Assembly: GCA_001179505.1 (NCBI GenBank)
Contig: CDMY01000331.1
Location: 1-64,000 of the forward strand
Source: Vitrella brassicaformis CCMP3155
Taxonomy: Eukaryota; Protista; Chromerida
Direction of reading: 5' to 3'
DNA length: 64,000 nt
Shown here: positions 28,001 to 41,004 of the stretch, piece after piece
How the letters are laid out: each line of letters begins with the position of its first letter
How positions within the stretch are numbered: position 1 is the first letter of the stretch
The notes under the pieces: model-generated
What the model was told of the DNA's origin: nothing
The model's input: only the letters and a program-made list of their open reading frames with translations
Databases searched by the model: none
Program-made: the position numbers and the translations under genes

Positions 28001-29325
28001 AGAGCGTCATCGCCCGGCTCAACGAGCAGATCGTCAACCTCAAGCGCGAGAAGCCCCTCGCTCTCACCTACACCAGCCACGAACCCCTCTACCCCTACCA
28101 CCACCCCAGCAACGGATTCGCCTCACACGCACACCCACACCAACAACATGACAACGTCGCCCCGCTCAACGACCACACACAACCGCCAGCTGCAGCAGCA
28201 GCAGCAGCCTCCTCAGCATCACAGCTACAGCCGCCCTTGCGCTATCCTCAGATACAGTTCCCATCCACCACCAGTGGGGCCACTGGAGACGCCGGTCCTT
28301 TGGCAGGGTATGCACCACTGAGTGCTGCTGAGGAGCCACAGCCATCGCACGCAGCTGCCGTGAGAGACAAGAGGAGCAAGGCTGACCACCACCCCCACCA
28401 GAAGTCAGTGTATGTGGCGCATCCGGGCGACCGTCTGGACGAGATGGTGGCTGAATACGTCAACACCACACAGATAGAGTGAGTGAGTGACGCACTCACT
28501 GGTGTTGTCCCTTCCCATGGAGAGGAGAGGGCTGGCACACACGTGACGATGTGGTATGGTCTGTTATGGTATGGTTGGGTGTGTGTGTGTCGTTCGTTCG
28601 TTTGTGTCATTCATGCAGTCGATCCGTGCCCATTCGTCGCATCGACGAGGGCCTCTACATCATTGGCACCAGGCGGGTCTCGTGCAAGATACTCAATGGA
28701 CAGCTAATGGGTGAGTACAGGCAAGCCGACATACGACCAGAAGAGAGAGCTGTCTGTCTAGTCCATGAGTGAGTGCATCATCTGGGTGCAGTTCGTGTGG
28801 GGGGTGGCATAATGAGCCTGGCCGACTTCGTGTCATCGGAGCGGGCCAACGTGCGGGCTAATCCGGGGGCCGTCCTCGCCCTGCCCTCCTCAGCATCCTC
28901 GCACCACTCGCCAACACACACACGGGGCGCCATCGCTGCCAATCGCTTCTCANNNNNNNNNNNNNNNNNNNNNNNNNNNNNNNNNNNNNNNNNNNNNNNN
29001 NNNNNNNNNNNNNNNNNNNNNNNNNNNNNNNNNNNNNNNNNNNNNNNNNNNNNNNNNNNNNNNNNNNNNNNNNNNNNNNNNNNNNNNNNNNNNNNNNNNN
29101 NNNNNNNNNNNNNNNNNNNNNNNNNNNNNNNNNNNNNNNNNNNNNNNNNNNNNNNNNNNNNNNNNNNNNNNNNNNNNNNNNNNNNNNNNNNNNNNNNNNN
29201 NNNNNNNNNNNNNNNNNNNNNNNNNNNNNNNNNNNNNNNNNNNNNNNNNNNNGGAGAGTGAAAGTGTGCCGTTGGAGCCGGAGAGGCAGAAAGGACTGCA
29301 GGGCGGTGGCGGGGCGGCGGAGTGA
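25092..29325 (+). CDS. Long coiled-coil protein with C-terminal GAR (GAS2) microtubule-binding domain
   Basis: Many short heptad-rich exons, then GDRLDEMVAEYVN | VPIRRIDEGLYIIGTRRVSCKILNGQLM | VRVGGGIMSLADFV, which matches the GAR VRVGGGW signature. The 3' part crosses an N gap whose content is visible in the duplicate at 41814-42244. Confidence 0.8.
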
Positions 29326-29879
29326 TGATTGATAAGGGGCGTGAGTAGAGTAGGAGAGGTGCATGATTAAAGAGATGGGAACACCGCTTCTTTTATCGCC
29401 ATGTGGGTCGGTGCGGTGGCTGGCTGGGTGGAATGAAGTGACTGGATGGATGGATGGATGGATGGATGGTATTCACGTCTGTCTGTATGTATCTGCTGGT
29501 GAATGATTTTGGGGCTGAGAGAGAGTAGAGTGAGTACCTATTTGATATCTATCTACGACATCCTGCTTTACATCGATCGCACGTGCTGCAGCGACTTATT
29601 CTGCTGCTGGTGGTGCACAATCAATTAAGGAGGCGTGCAGTGCTCTCGACGGACAGAGACAGAGACAGACAAGTGTGCCGTGAACCGAATAGGTAAAGTT
29701 GTCTCCACACACGAGAAACGAGAAATAAAGGCAGGCAGGTGACCTGACTGGCAGGCATCACACAGACACATCCATGCAGGCAAGCCCACATACAAAATCA
29801 CCCGATTCTCAGGTCCACAGACAGACCTCCCCCCTCCCCCCCGCGGGACATCTTATCTTTGAGTGGATAAAAGGGTCAT

Positions 29880-32143
29880 TCATAGCAGGCAGGCCACATC
29901 AGAGTGCAGTCCTGGCACTCCATCCAAGTTGTACCCCCTCACTCGGAAACACAGCCGAACCGCCTCTCCACCCACAGCCACCACACTCTCACCCACAAAC
30001 GCACCATCATGCTCAGCACACACCAAAGTCTCCGTCAGCCGCCCCCACAGTCCGACAGCAGAGACATTCCTCAGCGGCACCCACTCCAAAAGATCCGCAC
30101 CTTCCTTTGGTGCACACCTCTTGAACGCGCCCGTCTCTCCCACGCCGGCCGAGTTGTCTCGTCGCCGCGTCCACACGTGCAGCTGACTCTCCAGGCCCCC
30201 GGCTGGGAAGGGCACCTCATTGTCAGTGGGCGGCGGCGGTGGCAGCGCCACTGTGGGGAACTCCTCTATTCGAACGCCCGATGGCGCAGAGGTCGGCTTC
30301 TTCTTAAAGCCAACCGCGAGAAGGGGAAAGGCCGGCGGCTCGACGAAGGCTGTAGTGTTTGACGAATTGGCTGTGTTTGTCGGGGTGGCGACGAGAGGAT
30401 ACCACGTCGAATGCTGGTCGCCAAGCTGCAAGCGGACGTCCAACGTGTAGGTCGCAGCTGGGGTGCTGCCGCGCCAGGAAATAGAGCTGCATGAATGCAG
30501 ATACTCCCTCCACTCGTGAGGGACCCATGGGGACTTGGGCTGCTTACTTGGCGTCGATATCCAGAATGAGAGGCCTTGAAGGGACGCCGTGAGAGCTGGG
30601 CTGTGGTGAACCGCTGAAACAAGACAGACAGAAGAAGATAAGCACGCTGAGCTATCGTCGATTCAGATTGGCGACCTCATGGTGTAAGCGTGACTGCGGA
30701 TGAGCTGCGCCTGTTGCTGCATCTCGCAGGTGGCTCCAGGGTAGTGGAGGGTATAGCCGTCCTTATGCGTCACGTAACCGCCTCTGTCATGGTGAGGAAA
30801 CAGCGACCTGAACACACCAACACCCACCCAAGTAACTAACGATGGTGAGGGTGGCCGTATCCAGGCAGCGTACCATACCAGAAAAGAGCCCCTGACACTG
30901 CGAGATCCCCTTCCACACGCTTTAAGAAGGGCCTGAGCTCATTTCTTGGATAGCCCCTCCAGTCGTACTCGCCCACAATAAACGCCGTCCCATTATTGTG
31001 TGCGAGTCGCGCCCCTCCCTCATCGCTCAGATCCTCACCCAGCTCTCTGTAGGGCCAATGCCAATAGTGTGTGCTGACAAAGTCCACCTCATCGAAGAGC
31101 GAGCTGGCGGGATCGACGCCCCACCGGCCGTCCATAACAAGTTGGTAGGGAGCCTCTCTCTTCAAGTGGGCGGCGATTTGTTGTGTCCACGAGGTGGGAG
31201 GGCCAAGTTCGTTGCCCGTCTCTGCAAACGGCGATGCGGGAACATGACTTTTATGCAGGGCATGTTTCGCGAGCCGCTTACCCCAGGCCATGATTGTGGG
31301 GTCGTCTTTCCACGCCACGCCGGTGTAGCGGTTGACATGTGACACTAGCCTTGATATGTATGTTTTGAAGTCCTTAGCACACAGAAATCAAAGGGCATTG
31401 GTCAGTGTGGGGCATCACGAAGCTTGGAGAGAATGAGCTCTTTGCGCGTACCTACCTGGATGATGGTGGGGTCCGTGTAGAACTCATGCTTCGACCGATT
31501 CCTCCACCGTGTGAACGTCTCAATGCCTTCAAAGCACCACAATAGACGTCAATTTGCGTGTGTGGTGTGCTGCTATCGTCTTCACACATTCTCACCTCCG
31601 TGATAGTAATCCCACTCGTCCATCAGTGGCACAATGACACGGATGCCGTGGTCCCCCGCCACCTTGACAGCGTAGTCAGCCATTCTCAAGTTGTCAGGCC
31701 GGAACTCTCCCAACGTCGGCTGGAAGGACTCGTTGCGCCCGAAAGAGATACCGAGCGTGTGTGAGCGGACAACGGTGAGCCCCATCTCCTTGGCTGTGAG
31801 TATGGCGTCCTCGGTGCGAAAAGTGGTTGGAAAGCCGATGCCGTTGACGTTCTCATCCAGTCCGAGCCAGTAGATATTCGCTCCGCTGAAGCGGAAGGGT
31901 CTGCTGCCAAGCCACAACCGACCGCCGCGCTGCGAGATGAAATCGCATCGCTCCTCTGCAGTGCAGGCAGCCATGGCAGTTAACACGATGTAACAGGCAA
32001 TGCAATGCTGCCTCCGTGCCTTGCTCTACCTTACTCGCACAGGATGTGCGGAGCTGTCCCGTATCCTGCCCGACGACCCCTGCAGCACCGACCCACGCCA
32101 CAAGGCCGGCCAACCAGAAAGGCAGCGCCTCCACAAGCATCAT
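29880..32143 (-). CDS. Secreted glycoside hydrolase family 5 (endo-beta-mannanase-like) with C-terminal FN3-like domain
   Basis: Signal peptide MMLVEALPFWLAGLVAWVGAAGVVG, spliced through an ~80-nt phase-1 intron to RCDFISQRGGRLWLG. GH5 motifs FSGANIYWLGLDEN, VVRSHT, ETGNEL (acid/base Glu) and IVGEYDW (nucleophile Glu). FN3-like ISWRGS...TYTL and FRVRGYNLDGVPG. Confidence 0.85.
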
Positions 32144-33556
32144 GCCGATCCGTCACAGGCCCTGGCATCCCTCTCTCCAGTCATCTGCTCGTCCATTGGA
32201 ATGGTCTGGAATGGTTGACAACCTGCCACGGCCGCCACATCAACAGAGCACCAGCAGCACAATGGTCAGATACAGTACACGCATGCCAGCAGTGTGTTCG
32301 CGTGCGCACCAGTCAGCAGTTGGTTGTGAACAGCACCCAAACGAAACAGCGACGCGGAGAGAAGTGCAAAAGGACCTGCACACCACAACAAGAGCACATC
32401 CATGTCAATGAGTCAACCCGCACACAGCACACACCTCCGTCCATTTCCGTGCCTTCGTCCATCCCGTGTTTCATACCGATGAGTTGGTGCACAGGATCTG
32501 GGAGGAACGAAGGGCGAGGCGCGATCCACGAGACACAACGATAGTAGAATAAAATAGAATGGGAATGATGAATTTCTTGACGCACCTGAATGAATGCAAT
32601 TGACAATGCAGCTGCTGCGATGGCAGGGGCTTTCGTCGTCAAGTGCTCCATCTTCCCCGACGAGCGCACCGAGATCGTCTTCGGCGACGGATCCAGCCTG
32701 ATCGTCCATCCGAACGCATCGCTGGCGAGTTACTTCGACGCTGAGGGCGTCAGGCAGCGGCTGCGGACAGAGCACGTCACATCGCAGCTTCGCGAGAAGG
32801 TCAGGACCGCCTTTGAAGTGCGTAATCGGTATGCTTGGCGGCCCTGGTGGAGCAAAGAGGTGGTGGAGAGGGCTGGGGCAAAGGTCGACTTAGTACAGGT
32901 GAGGGAGGAGTGATGTATGCTGCTATGTGATGCCTTCCTGCAGTGCAGTGCAATGTCTGTGTCTGTCCTATCTGTCTTCTCAGGGGTGGCATCGCATTTG
33001 CAGTTTCGCGTGGCCCGATAGCCGAGAGGGGGTCTGCCTGGACACCCATGCCCCCCTTGNNNNNNNNNNNNNNNNNNNNNNNNNNNNNNNNNNNNNNNNN
33101 NNNNNNNNNNNNNNNNNNNNNNNNNNNNNNNNNNNNNNNNNNNNNNNNNNNNNNNNNNNNNNNNNNNNNNNNNNNNNNNNNNNNNNNNNNNNNNNNNNNN
33201 NNNNNNNNNNNNNNNNNNNNNNNNNNNNNNNNNNNNNNNNNNNNNNNNNNNNNNNNNNNNNNNNNNNNNNNNNNNNNNNNNNNNNNNNNNNNNNNNNNNN
33301 NNNNNNNNNNNNNNNNNNNNNNNNNNNNNNNNNNNNNNNNNNNNNNNNNNNNNNNNNNNAGCACATCCATGTCAATGAGTCAACCCGCACACAGCACACA
33401 CCTCCGTCCATTTCCGTGCCTTCGTCCATCCCGTGTTTCATACCGATGAGTTGGTGCACAGGATCTGGGAGGAACGAAGGGCGAGGCGCGATCCACGAGA
33501 CACAACGATAGTAGAATAAAATAGAATGGGAATGATGAATTTCTTGACGCACCTGA

Positions 33557-36500
33557 ATGAATGCAATTGACAATGCAGCTGCTGCGATGGCAGGGGCTTT
33601 CGTCGTCAAGTGCTCCATCTTCCCCGACGAGCGCACCGAGATCGTCTTCGGCGACGGATCCAGCCTGATCGTCCATCCGAACGCATCGCTGGCGAGTTAC
33701 TTCGACGCTGAGGGCGTCAGGCAGCGGCTGCGGACAGAGCACGTCACATCGCAGCTTCGCGAGAAGGTCAGGACCGCCTTTGAAGTGCGTAATCGGTATG
33801 CTTGGCGGCCCTGGTGGAGCAAAGAGGTGGTGGAGAGGGCTGGGGCAAAGGTCGACTTAGTACAGGTGAGGGAGGAGTGATGTATGCTGCTATGTGACGC
33901 CTTCCTGCAGTGCAGTGCAATGTCTGTGTCTGTCCTATCTGTCTTCTCAGGGGTGGCATCGCATTTGCAGTTTCGCGTGGCCCGATAGCCGAGAGGGGGT
34001 CTGCCTGGACACCCATGCCCCCCTTGTCCCGCCCTCCCATCCCCGCCCAGACGTGCTATCCGTCGCCTCTGTCGACGGCCATGCTCGTCTGGACTTGTAC
34101 CCCCACTCTCACCTCTTCTCAGTCAGCTACATGTACACCGTCCCGGCGCACCGGTCGGTGTCCATCGACGGCCGCACCAACGCCATATCCATCCGCTACG
34201 AGCACGTGTTCGCCACGCAGTACTTCTGCCTGAGGGGCACGTTCGCGGCCGAGTGGCTGCACCCGCTGCGTCTGGCGGTGCGGGGGCTTCTCAAGAGATT
34301 GCGGCTGCTGGATGCTTATCTCAAGGAGCGGGGAGTGGGGGACGAGGGGAGAGCTCATCTGAGAGGTGAGCCAGCCATGTCATGTGTGCAGTGCCCGGCT
34401 AAGGGCCACAAGGCGCGAATGGATCGCCCTTTCTATCCATCCCTTGGTGTGTGGTGTGATGGTTGGTGCGGTGCAGGTGAGGTGTCGTTCTTCGAGTCTT
34501 ATCTGGCCTACCTCGGGTCGCGTATCGAGGAAGCCCCTCTCGAGTGGATGCCTGACACCAACGACAGCGAGCGAGCCAGGNNNNNNNNNNNNNNNNNNNN
34601 NNNNNNNNNNNNNNNNNNNNNNNNNNNNNNNNNNNNNNNNNNNNNNNNNNNNNNNNNNNNNNNNNNNNNNNNNNNNNNNNNNNNNNNNNNNNNNNNNNNN
34701 NNNNNNNNNNNNNNNNNNNNNNNNNNNNNNNNNNNNNNNNNNNNNNNNNNNNNNNNNNNNNNNNNNNNNNNNNNNNNNNNNNNNNNNNNNNNNNNNNNNN
34801 NNNNNNNNNNNNNNNNNNNNNNNNNNNNNNNNNNNNNNNNNNNNNNNNNNNNNNNNNNNNNNNNNNNNNNNNNNNNNNNNCGTAATCGGTATGCTTGGCG
34901 GCCCTGGTGGAGCAAAGAGGTGGTGGAGAGGGCTGGAGCAAAGGTCGACTTAGTACAGGTGAGGGAGGAGTGATGTATGCTGCTATGTGACGCCTTCCTG
35001 CAGTGCAGTGCAATGTCTGTGTCTGTCCTATCTGTCTTCTCAGGGGTGGCATCGCATTTGCAGTTTCGCGTGGCCCGATAGCCGAGAGGGGGTCTACCTG
35101 GACACCCATGCACCCCTTGTCCCGCCCTCCCATCCCCGCCCAGACGTGCTATCCGTCGCCTCTGTCGACGGCCATGCTCGTCTGGACTTGTACCCCCACT
35201 CTCACCTCTTCTCAGTCAGCTACATGTACACCGTCCCGGCGCACCGGTCGGTGTCCATCGACGGCCGCACCAACGCCATATCCATCCGCTACGAGCACGT
35301 GTTCGCCACGCAGTACTTCTGCCTGAGGGGCACGTTCGCGGCCGAGTGGCTGCACCCGCTGCGTCTGGCGGTGCGGGGGCTTCTCAAGAGATCGCGGCTG
35401 CTGGATGCTTATCTCAAGGAGCGGGGAGTGGGGGACGAGGGGAGAGCTCATCTGAGAGGTGAGCGAGCCATGTCATGTGTGTGCAGTGCCCGGCTAAGGG
35501 CCACAAGGCGCGAATGGATCGCCCTTTCTATCCATCCCTTGGTGTGTGGTGTGATGGTTGGTGCGGTGCAGGTGAGGTGTCGTTCTTCGAGTCTTATCTG
35601 GCCTACCTCGAGTCGCGTATCGAGGAAGCCCCTCTCGAGTGGATGCCTGACACCAACGACAGCGAGCGAGCCAGGGTCATCACCCAGCCGCCCACACCAC
35701 CGCTCCTCGAGGCACAAGAGGCACCCAACGCCAAGTCGGTGCCGCCACGCCAGCACACTGACTGGCATCACACTGTGACGAAATAGAGGGAGGCATCATG
35801 CGCTCGATAATGGGCTTATCCGCGTGTGCATTCAGGCGCTCTCCAAGGCTGACATCTCGCGGCTGGAGGGATGACGACGGTCCTTGCCGCTTGGTGCCTG
35901 GCGGCGTTTTGGGGTCTCGCGTCCTGGTGGTTCCCGAAGGGACGATATGGCTGCACGCGGACCTGAGGGAGGCCACAGTGTGCCTGGCGGGGCAGGAGGA
36001 AGACATGGTGTGGGTGTCCACCGGGAGCGGCCAGGCCTGGCGCGCCAGGGAGGGCTTCTCCCTCAGTAATGAAGGACACACGCGCATGGCATGGCCGTTC
36101 GTTCTTGAATGTCTGTCTGTGTGCGCGTTGGTAGGTCGGACGAGTGGCTTTCCGATGGTGCTGCAACGCACCTTCATGCCCTGGGACGAACGCAGGCAAT
36201 GACTGACTGACTGACACGATGGATGCGATGGATGCGGGAACACATGTAATACTCACTCGTTTGTGCCTGTTTGTGATGCTTCTTGGCCATCCATCCGTCG
36301 TGGCTGCATGGCATGGCATGCAGGGCTGCGTTGAGGCGTCTGTTTGAGGAGGCCTTCTGCACCATCGGGTGCCACCGGGAAGCAGCACAGCTAGCACGGA
36401 CAAACAACTCATGTGCCCTCCCGGTCTGCAGAGTGAGTGAGCCAATATTGATTCCACTTCCTTCACACATCGATGGATGGCCTCTGTGTCTTCTCTTCCT

Positions 36501-37195
36501 TCGCGTGTCGTGTCAGGTTGTGGACCGTCCCTCTCCTGACGATATGGGCGAGTCTGATGNNNNNNNNNNNNNNNNNNNNNNNNNNNNNNNNNNNNNNNNN
36601 NNNNNNNNNNNNNNNNNNNNNNNNNNNNNNNNNNNNNNNNNNNNNNNNNNNNNNNNNNNNNNNNNNNNNNNNNNNNNNNNNNNNNNNNNNNNNNNNNNNN
36701 NNNNNNNNNNNNNNNNNNNNNNNNNNNNNNNNNNNNNNNNNNNNNNNNNNNNNNNNNNNNNNNNNNNNNNNNNNNNNNNNNNNNNNNNNNNNNNNNNNNN
36801 NNNNNNNNNNNNNNNNNNNNNNNNNNNNNNNNNNNNNNNNNNNNNNNNNNNNNNNNNNNGTCACGGGCAATCGGGAGATCCTGTGTGTGCGTCTCTCTGG
36901 ATCTGACTGACGGCTGTTGCCATGCCGTCCATGTAGGTACGTTAGTTGTCTCCGCGAGCTCTTCAATTGGTGGCACCGCAGTTTGGAGGATCCGAAGGCC
37001 ATCAAGGCGCACACGATCCACTCGCTGTGCGTGCAGCACGTGTGCGGCATCCGACAGCTGCTGATGCGCCAGACGCAGGGCAAGTGCATTCTGGACGGCC
37101 TCGTCAAGCCATCAGTCCCGCCGCCCATCATGGCGCGTCATCAGACAGACAGACAAGAAGACAATCAATATGATGGCAGAGGGCCTCCTGACTGA
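33557..37195 (+). CDS. C5orf34: C5orf34-like (DUF4524/DUF4520) protein; composite model across two N gaps
   Basis: IFPDERTEIVFGDGSSLIVHP...RLRTEHVTSQLREKVRTAFEVRNRY, VLSVASVDGHARLDLYPHSHLFSVSY, EWLHPLRLAV and RYVSCLRELFNWW match, by recall and in order, conserved blocks of human C5orf34. An identical 5' exon also lies at 32590-32913. Confidence 0.7.
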
Positions 37196-37425
37196 CTGAC
37201 TGACTGACGTGACGAGGGAGCTGCTGTGTTGTCTGTATATGTTTGGCTTGTGAATATTCACGAATGAATGGGTTTGGCCTGGGGAGACAGACAGACATAC
37301 AGACAGACAGACAGAGCCGCCCCTCTCTCTCTTGGCTTAACTAACTACACAGCCCACCCCTGCGCACCTCCGTGTGTCGGCGTGTGCGCCACGCACTGCT
37401 GCACACGCGCATTCATCAATTTCGC

Positions 37426-37545
37426 AAACCCTACGCACAATTAGGGTTAGATGAGCACGTCGGCCGCCGCCCCTGTGGCCCCCTGCGCTCAATGGAAAAA
37501 AGCCTCCAAAGCAAAAGTATTCGGGTTTAGGGTGTAGGGTTTGCG
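37426..37545. repeat. Telomere-like motif cluster (AAACCCTA...TTAGGGTTAG; GGGTTTAGGGTGTAGGGTTT)
   Basis: Read directly; second copy at 41268-41381. Confidence 0.6.
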
Positions 37546-39142
37546 AGCTTAGAGGCGCAGGCAGGAAAGGCACACGCGCCAAACACAAAGATCAGCAGCA
37601 GAGAGGCTCGCAGGAAAACCACACACGCAGCCAGGAGCAGTCAGGAGCAGCCAGCCAATCTCTGCCGCCCGCTGATTGCCCTTTGTGTCTGTCTGTGTCA
37701 GAGATGGCCGTGTTGCGCTACGGGAAGTGCCTGGGAGCTACTGCCGCACTGACAAATTGACTGGGGCATCCATTTCGACACGCACAGCCGTCGAGCGCAA
37801 CTTTCTGATGCACGCTGACCTCCCTCTCCCATTTTTGTCTATCTCCGCAGGCCCGTGTTTCGCTCTGTGGGTGCGGCCCGGTCCATCCATTACATGGGTC
37901 AAGTGCATCAGCTCATGAGCCGCACACGTGCCAAGAGAGAGGGGCAGGTCAGCAAAACTGACGACGCTACGCAAGCGCAAAAAACTGTCACCATTTTGCC
38001 ACTTTTGACCGTAGGATGACCCTTGTCGGCCGCCTGTAGGCCCACATACGACTGATAGACCTAAACTGTGAGTTGTCCTGAGTGCCGAAACATATGGAAC
38101 GACCCTTTTATTACTTACCGACTTCTTTTCTCTGACTTACTTGGCCGAGTGGGTGGGCAGGGCAATCAATCTACATACCCCCAGGTAGGTGTATCCACCC
38201 TCCACACACACCCTCCCACAGATAGAGGGAGAGAGGGACGATATGGCTGCACGCGGACCTGAGGGAGGCCACAGTGTGTTTGGCGGGGCAGGAGGAAGAC
38301 ATGGTGTGGGTGTCCACCGGGAGCGGCCAGGCCTGGCGCGCCAGGGAGGGCTTCTCCCTCAGTAATGAAGGGCACACGCGCATGGCATGGCCGTTCGTTC
38401 TTGAATGTCTGTGTGCGCCTTGGTAGGTCGGACGAGTGGCTCTCCGATGGTGCTGCAACGCACCTTCATGCCCTGGGACGAACGCAGGCAATGACTGACT
38501 GACTGACACGATGGATGCGATGGATGCGGGAACACATGTAATACTCACTCGTTTGTGCCTGTTTGTGATGCTTCTTGGCCATCCATCCGTCGTGGCTGCA
38601 TGGCATGGCATGCAGGGCTGCGTTGAGGCGTCTGTTTGAGGAGGCCTTCTGCACCATCGGGTGCCACCGGGAAGCAGCACAGCTAGCACGGACAAACAAC
38701 TCATGTGCCCTCCCGGTCTGCAGAGTGAGTGAGCCAATATTGATTCCACTTCCTTCACACATCGATGGATGGCCTCTGTGTCTTCTCTTCCTTCGCGTGT
38801 CGTGTCAGGTTGTGGACCGTCCCTCTCCTGACGATATGGGCGNNNNNNNNNNNNNNNNNNNNNNNNNNNNNNNNNNNNNNNNNNNNNNNNNNNNNNNNNN
38901 NNNNNNNNNNNNNNNNNNNNNNNNNNNNNNNNNNNNNNNNNNNNNNNNNNNNNNNNNNNNNNNNNNNNNNNNNNNNNNNNNNNNNNNNNNNNNNNNNNNN
39001 NNNNNNNNNNNNNNNNNNNNNNNNNNNNNNNNNNNNNNNNNNNNNNNNNNNNNNNNNNNNNNNNNNNNNNNNNNNNNNNNNNNNNNNNNNNNNNNNNNNN
39101 NNNNNNNNNNNNNNNNNNNNNNNNNNNNNNNNNNNNNNNNNN

Positions 39143-41004
39143 CTACCTCGGGTCGCGTATCGAGGAAGCCCCTCTCGAGTGGATGCCTGACACCAACGAC
39201 AGCGAGCGAGCCAGGGTCATCACCCAGCCGCCCACACCACCGCTCCTCGAGGCACAAGAGGCACCCAACGCCAAGTCGGTGCCGCCACGCCAGCACACAC
39301 TGACTGGCATCACACTGTGACGAAATAGAGGGAGGGAGGCATCATGCGCTCGATAATGGGCTTATCCGCGTGTGCATTCAGGCGCTCTCCAAGGCTGACA
39401 TCTCGCGGCTGGAGGGATGACGACGGTCCTTGCCGCTTGGTGCCTGGCGGCGTTTTGGGGTCTCGCGTCCTGGTGGTTCCCGAAGGGACGATATGGCTGC
39501 ACGCGGACCTGAGGGAGGCCACAGTGTGCCTGGCGGGGCAGGAGGAAGACATGGTGTGGGTGTCCACCGGGAGCGGCCAGGCCTGGCGCGCCAGGGAGGG
39601 CTTCTCCCTCAGTAAGGAAGGGCACACGCGCATGGCATGGCCGTTCTTGAATGTCTGTCTGTGTGCGCCTTGGTAGGTCGGACGAGTGGCTCTCCGATGG
39701 TGCTGCAACGCACCTTCATGCCCTGGGACGAACGCAGGCAATGACTGACTGACTGACACGATGGATGCGATGGATGCGGGAACACATGTAATACTCGTTT
39801 GTGCCTGTTTGTGATGCTTCTTGGCCATCCATCCGTCGTGGCTGCATGGCATGGCACGCAGCGCTGCGTTGAGGCGTCTGTTTGAGGAGGCCTTCTGCAC
39901 CATCGAGTGCCACCGGGAAGCAGCACAGCTAGCACGGACAGACAACTCATGTGCCCTCCCGCTCTGCAGAGTGAGTGAGCCAATAGTGATTCCACTTCCT
40001 TCACACATCGATGGATGGCCTCTGTCTGTGTCTTCTCTTCCTTCGCGTGTCGTCTCAGGTAGTGGACCGTCCCTCTCCTGACGATATGGGCGAGTCTGAT
40101 GAGGCCATGGTGGCGGACCCATCAGCCCCGCACCACCTGCAATGCGTCGACACGATGGTCGTCGACGGCTCCCACTGCAGATTCTCACTCTACGACTACC
40201 GGTCAGTCACAGACATACACACACAAAAATCATTACGTACGTGATATCATATCCATCCATGAAATGCCCTCTGTCTATCTGTCTGTCTGTCTGCAGTCGT
40301 CTGGACGATAACGGCATTCCGATCGACACGCCTCCCTGCCGCCATCTGGCCTACCCCATGGTGGTGTATGGCCTCTTTGACGACGACTCGACGGCCCTCG
40401 TCTACACAGAGGTCTCATGCCCCTTCCCACCCAGGCTCACCCACACGACCATCCATCAACAGCATCAACGGCATCAGCAGCACAGCAGTGCACCGCTGCC
40501 GACCCACAGCCATAGAGTGCGGATCGCTCTGCGGGAGGTGCGCATAGTCACACAAGTGAGCCAAGGGCTGGCAACGGAGGCGTCGACGACCGTGCGTGGC
40601 AGTCTGGACGATGAGTGGCCGCCAGAGGCACACTGGTACGTACGTACGTGGGATGGGACACTCACTACACAAACAATGACATGCACGTCACGGGCAATCG
40701 GGAGATCCTGTGTGTGCGTCTCTCTGGATCTGACTGACGGCTGTTGCCATGCCGTCCATGTAGGTACGTTAGTTGTCTCCGCGAGCTCTTCAATTGGTGG
40801 CACCGCAGCTTGGAGGATCCGAAGGCCATCAAGGCGCACACGATCCACTCGCTGTGCGTGCAGCACGTGTGCGGCATCCGACACCTGCTGATGCGCCAGA
40901 CGCAGGGCAAGTGCATTCTGGACGGCCTCGTCAAGCCATCAGTCCCGCCACCCATCGTGGCGCGTCATCAGACAGACAAACAGACAAGAAGACAATCAAT
41001 ATGA
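39143..41004 (+). CDS. Second C5orf34-like copy, 3' portion (5' end lost in gap)
   Basis: Same exons as 35603-37195. It also shows the middle exons (about 40099-40686) hidden in the 36560-36859 gap. Altered C-terminus ARHQTDKQTRRQSI*. Confidence 0.6.

Larger units (their letters stand above)
10102..39142. other. Six assembly gaps of exactly 300 N
   Basis: 10102-10401, 28953-29252, 33060-33359, 34581-34880, 36560-36859 and 38843-39142. Identical length indicates nominal scaffold spacers. Confidence 0.98.

Noticed and set aside
37560-38235. Possible gene fragment between C5orf34-like copies
   Set aside because: Only short ORFs with no consistent splice chain or motif; left unannotated.
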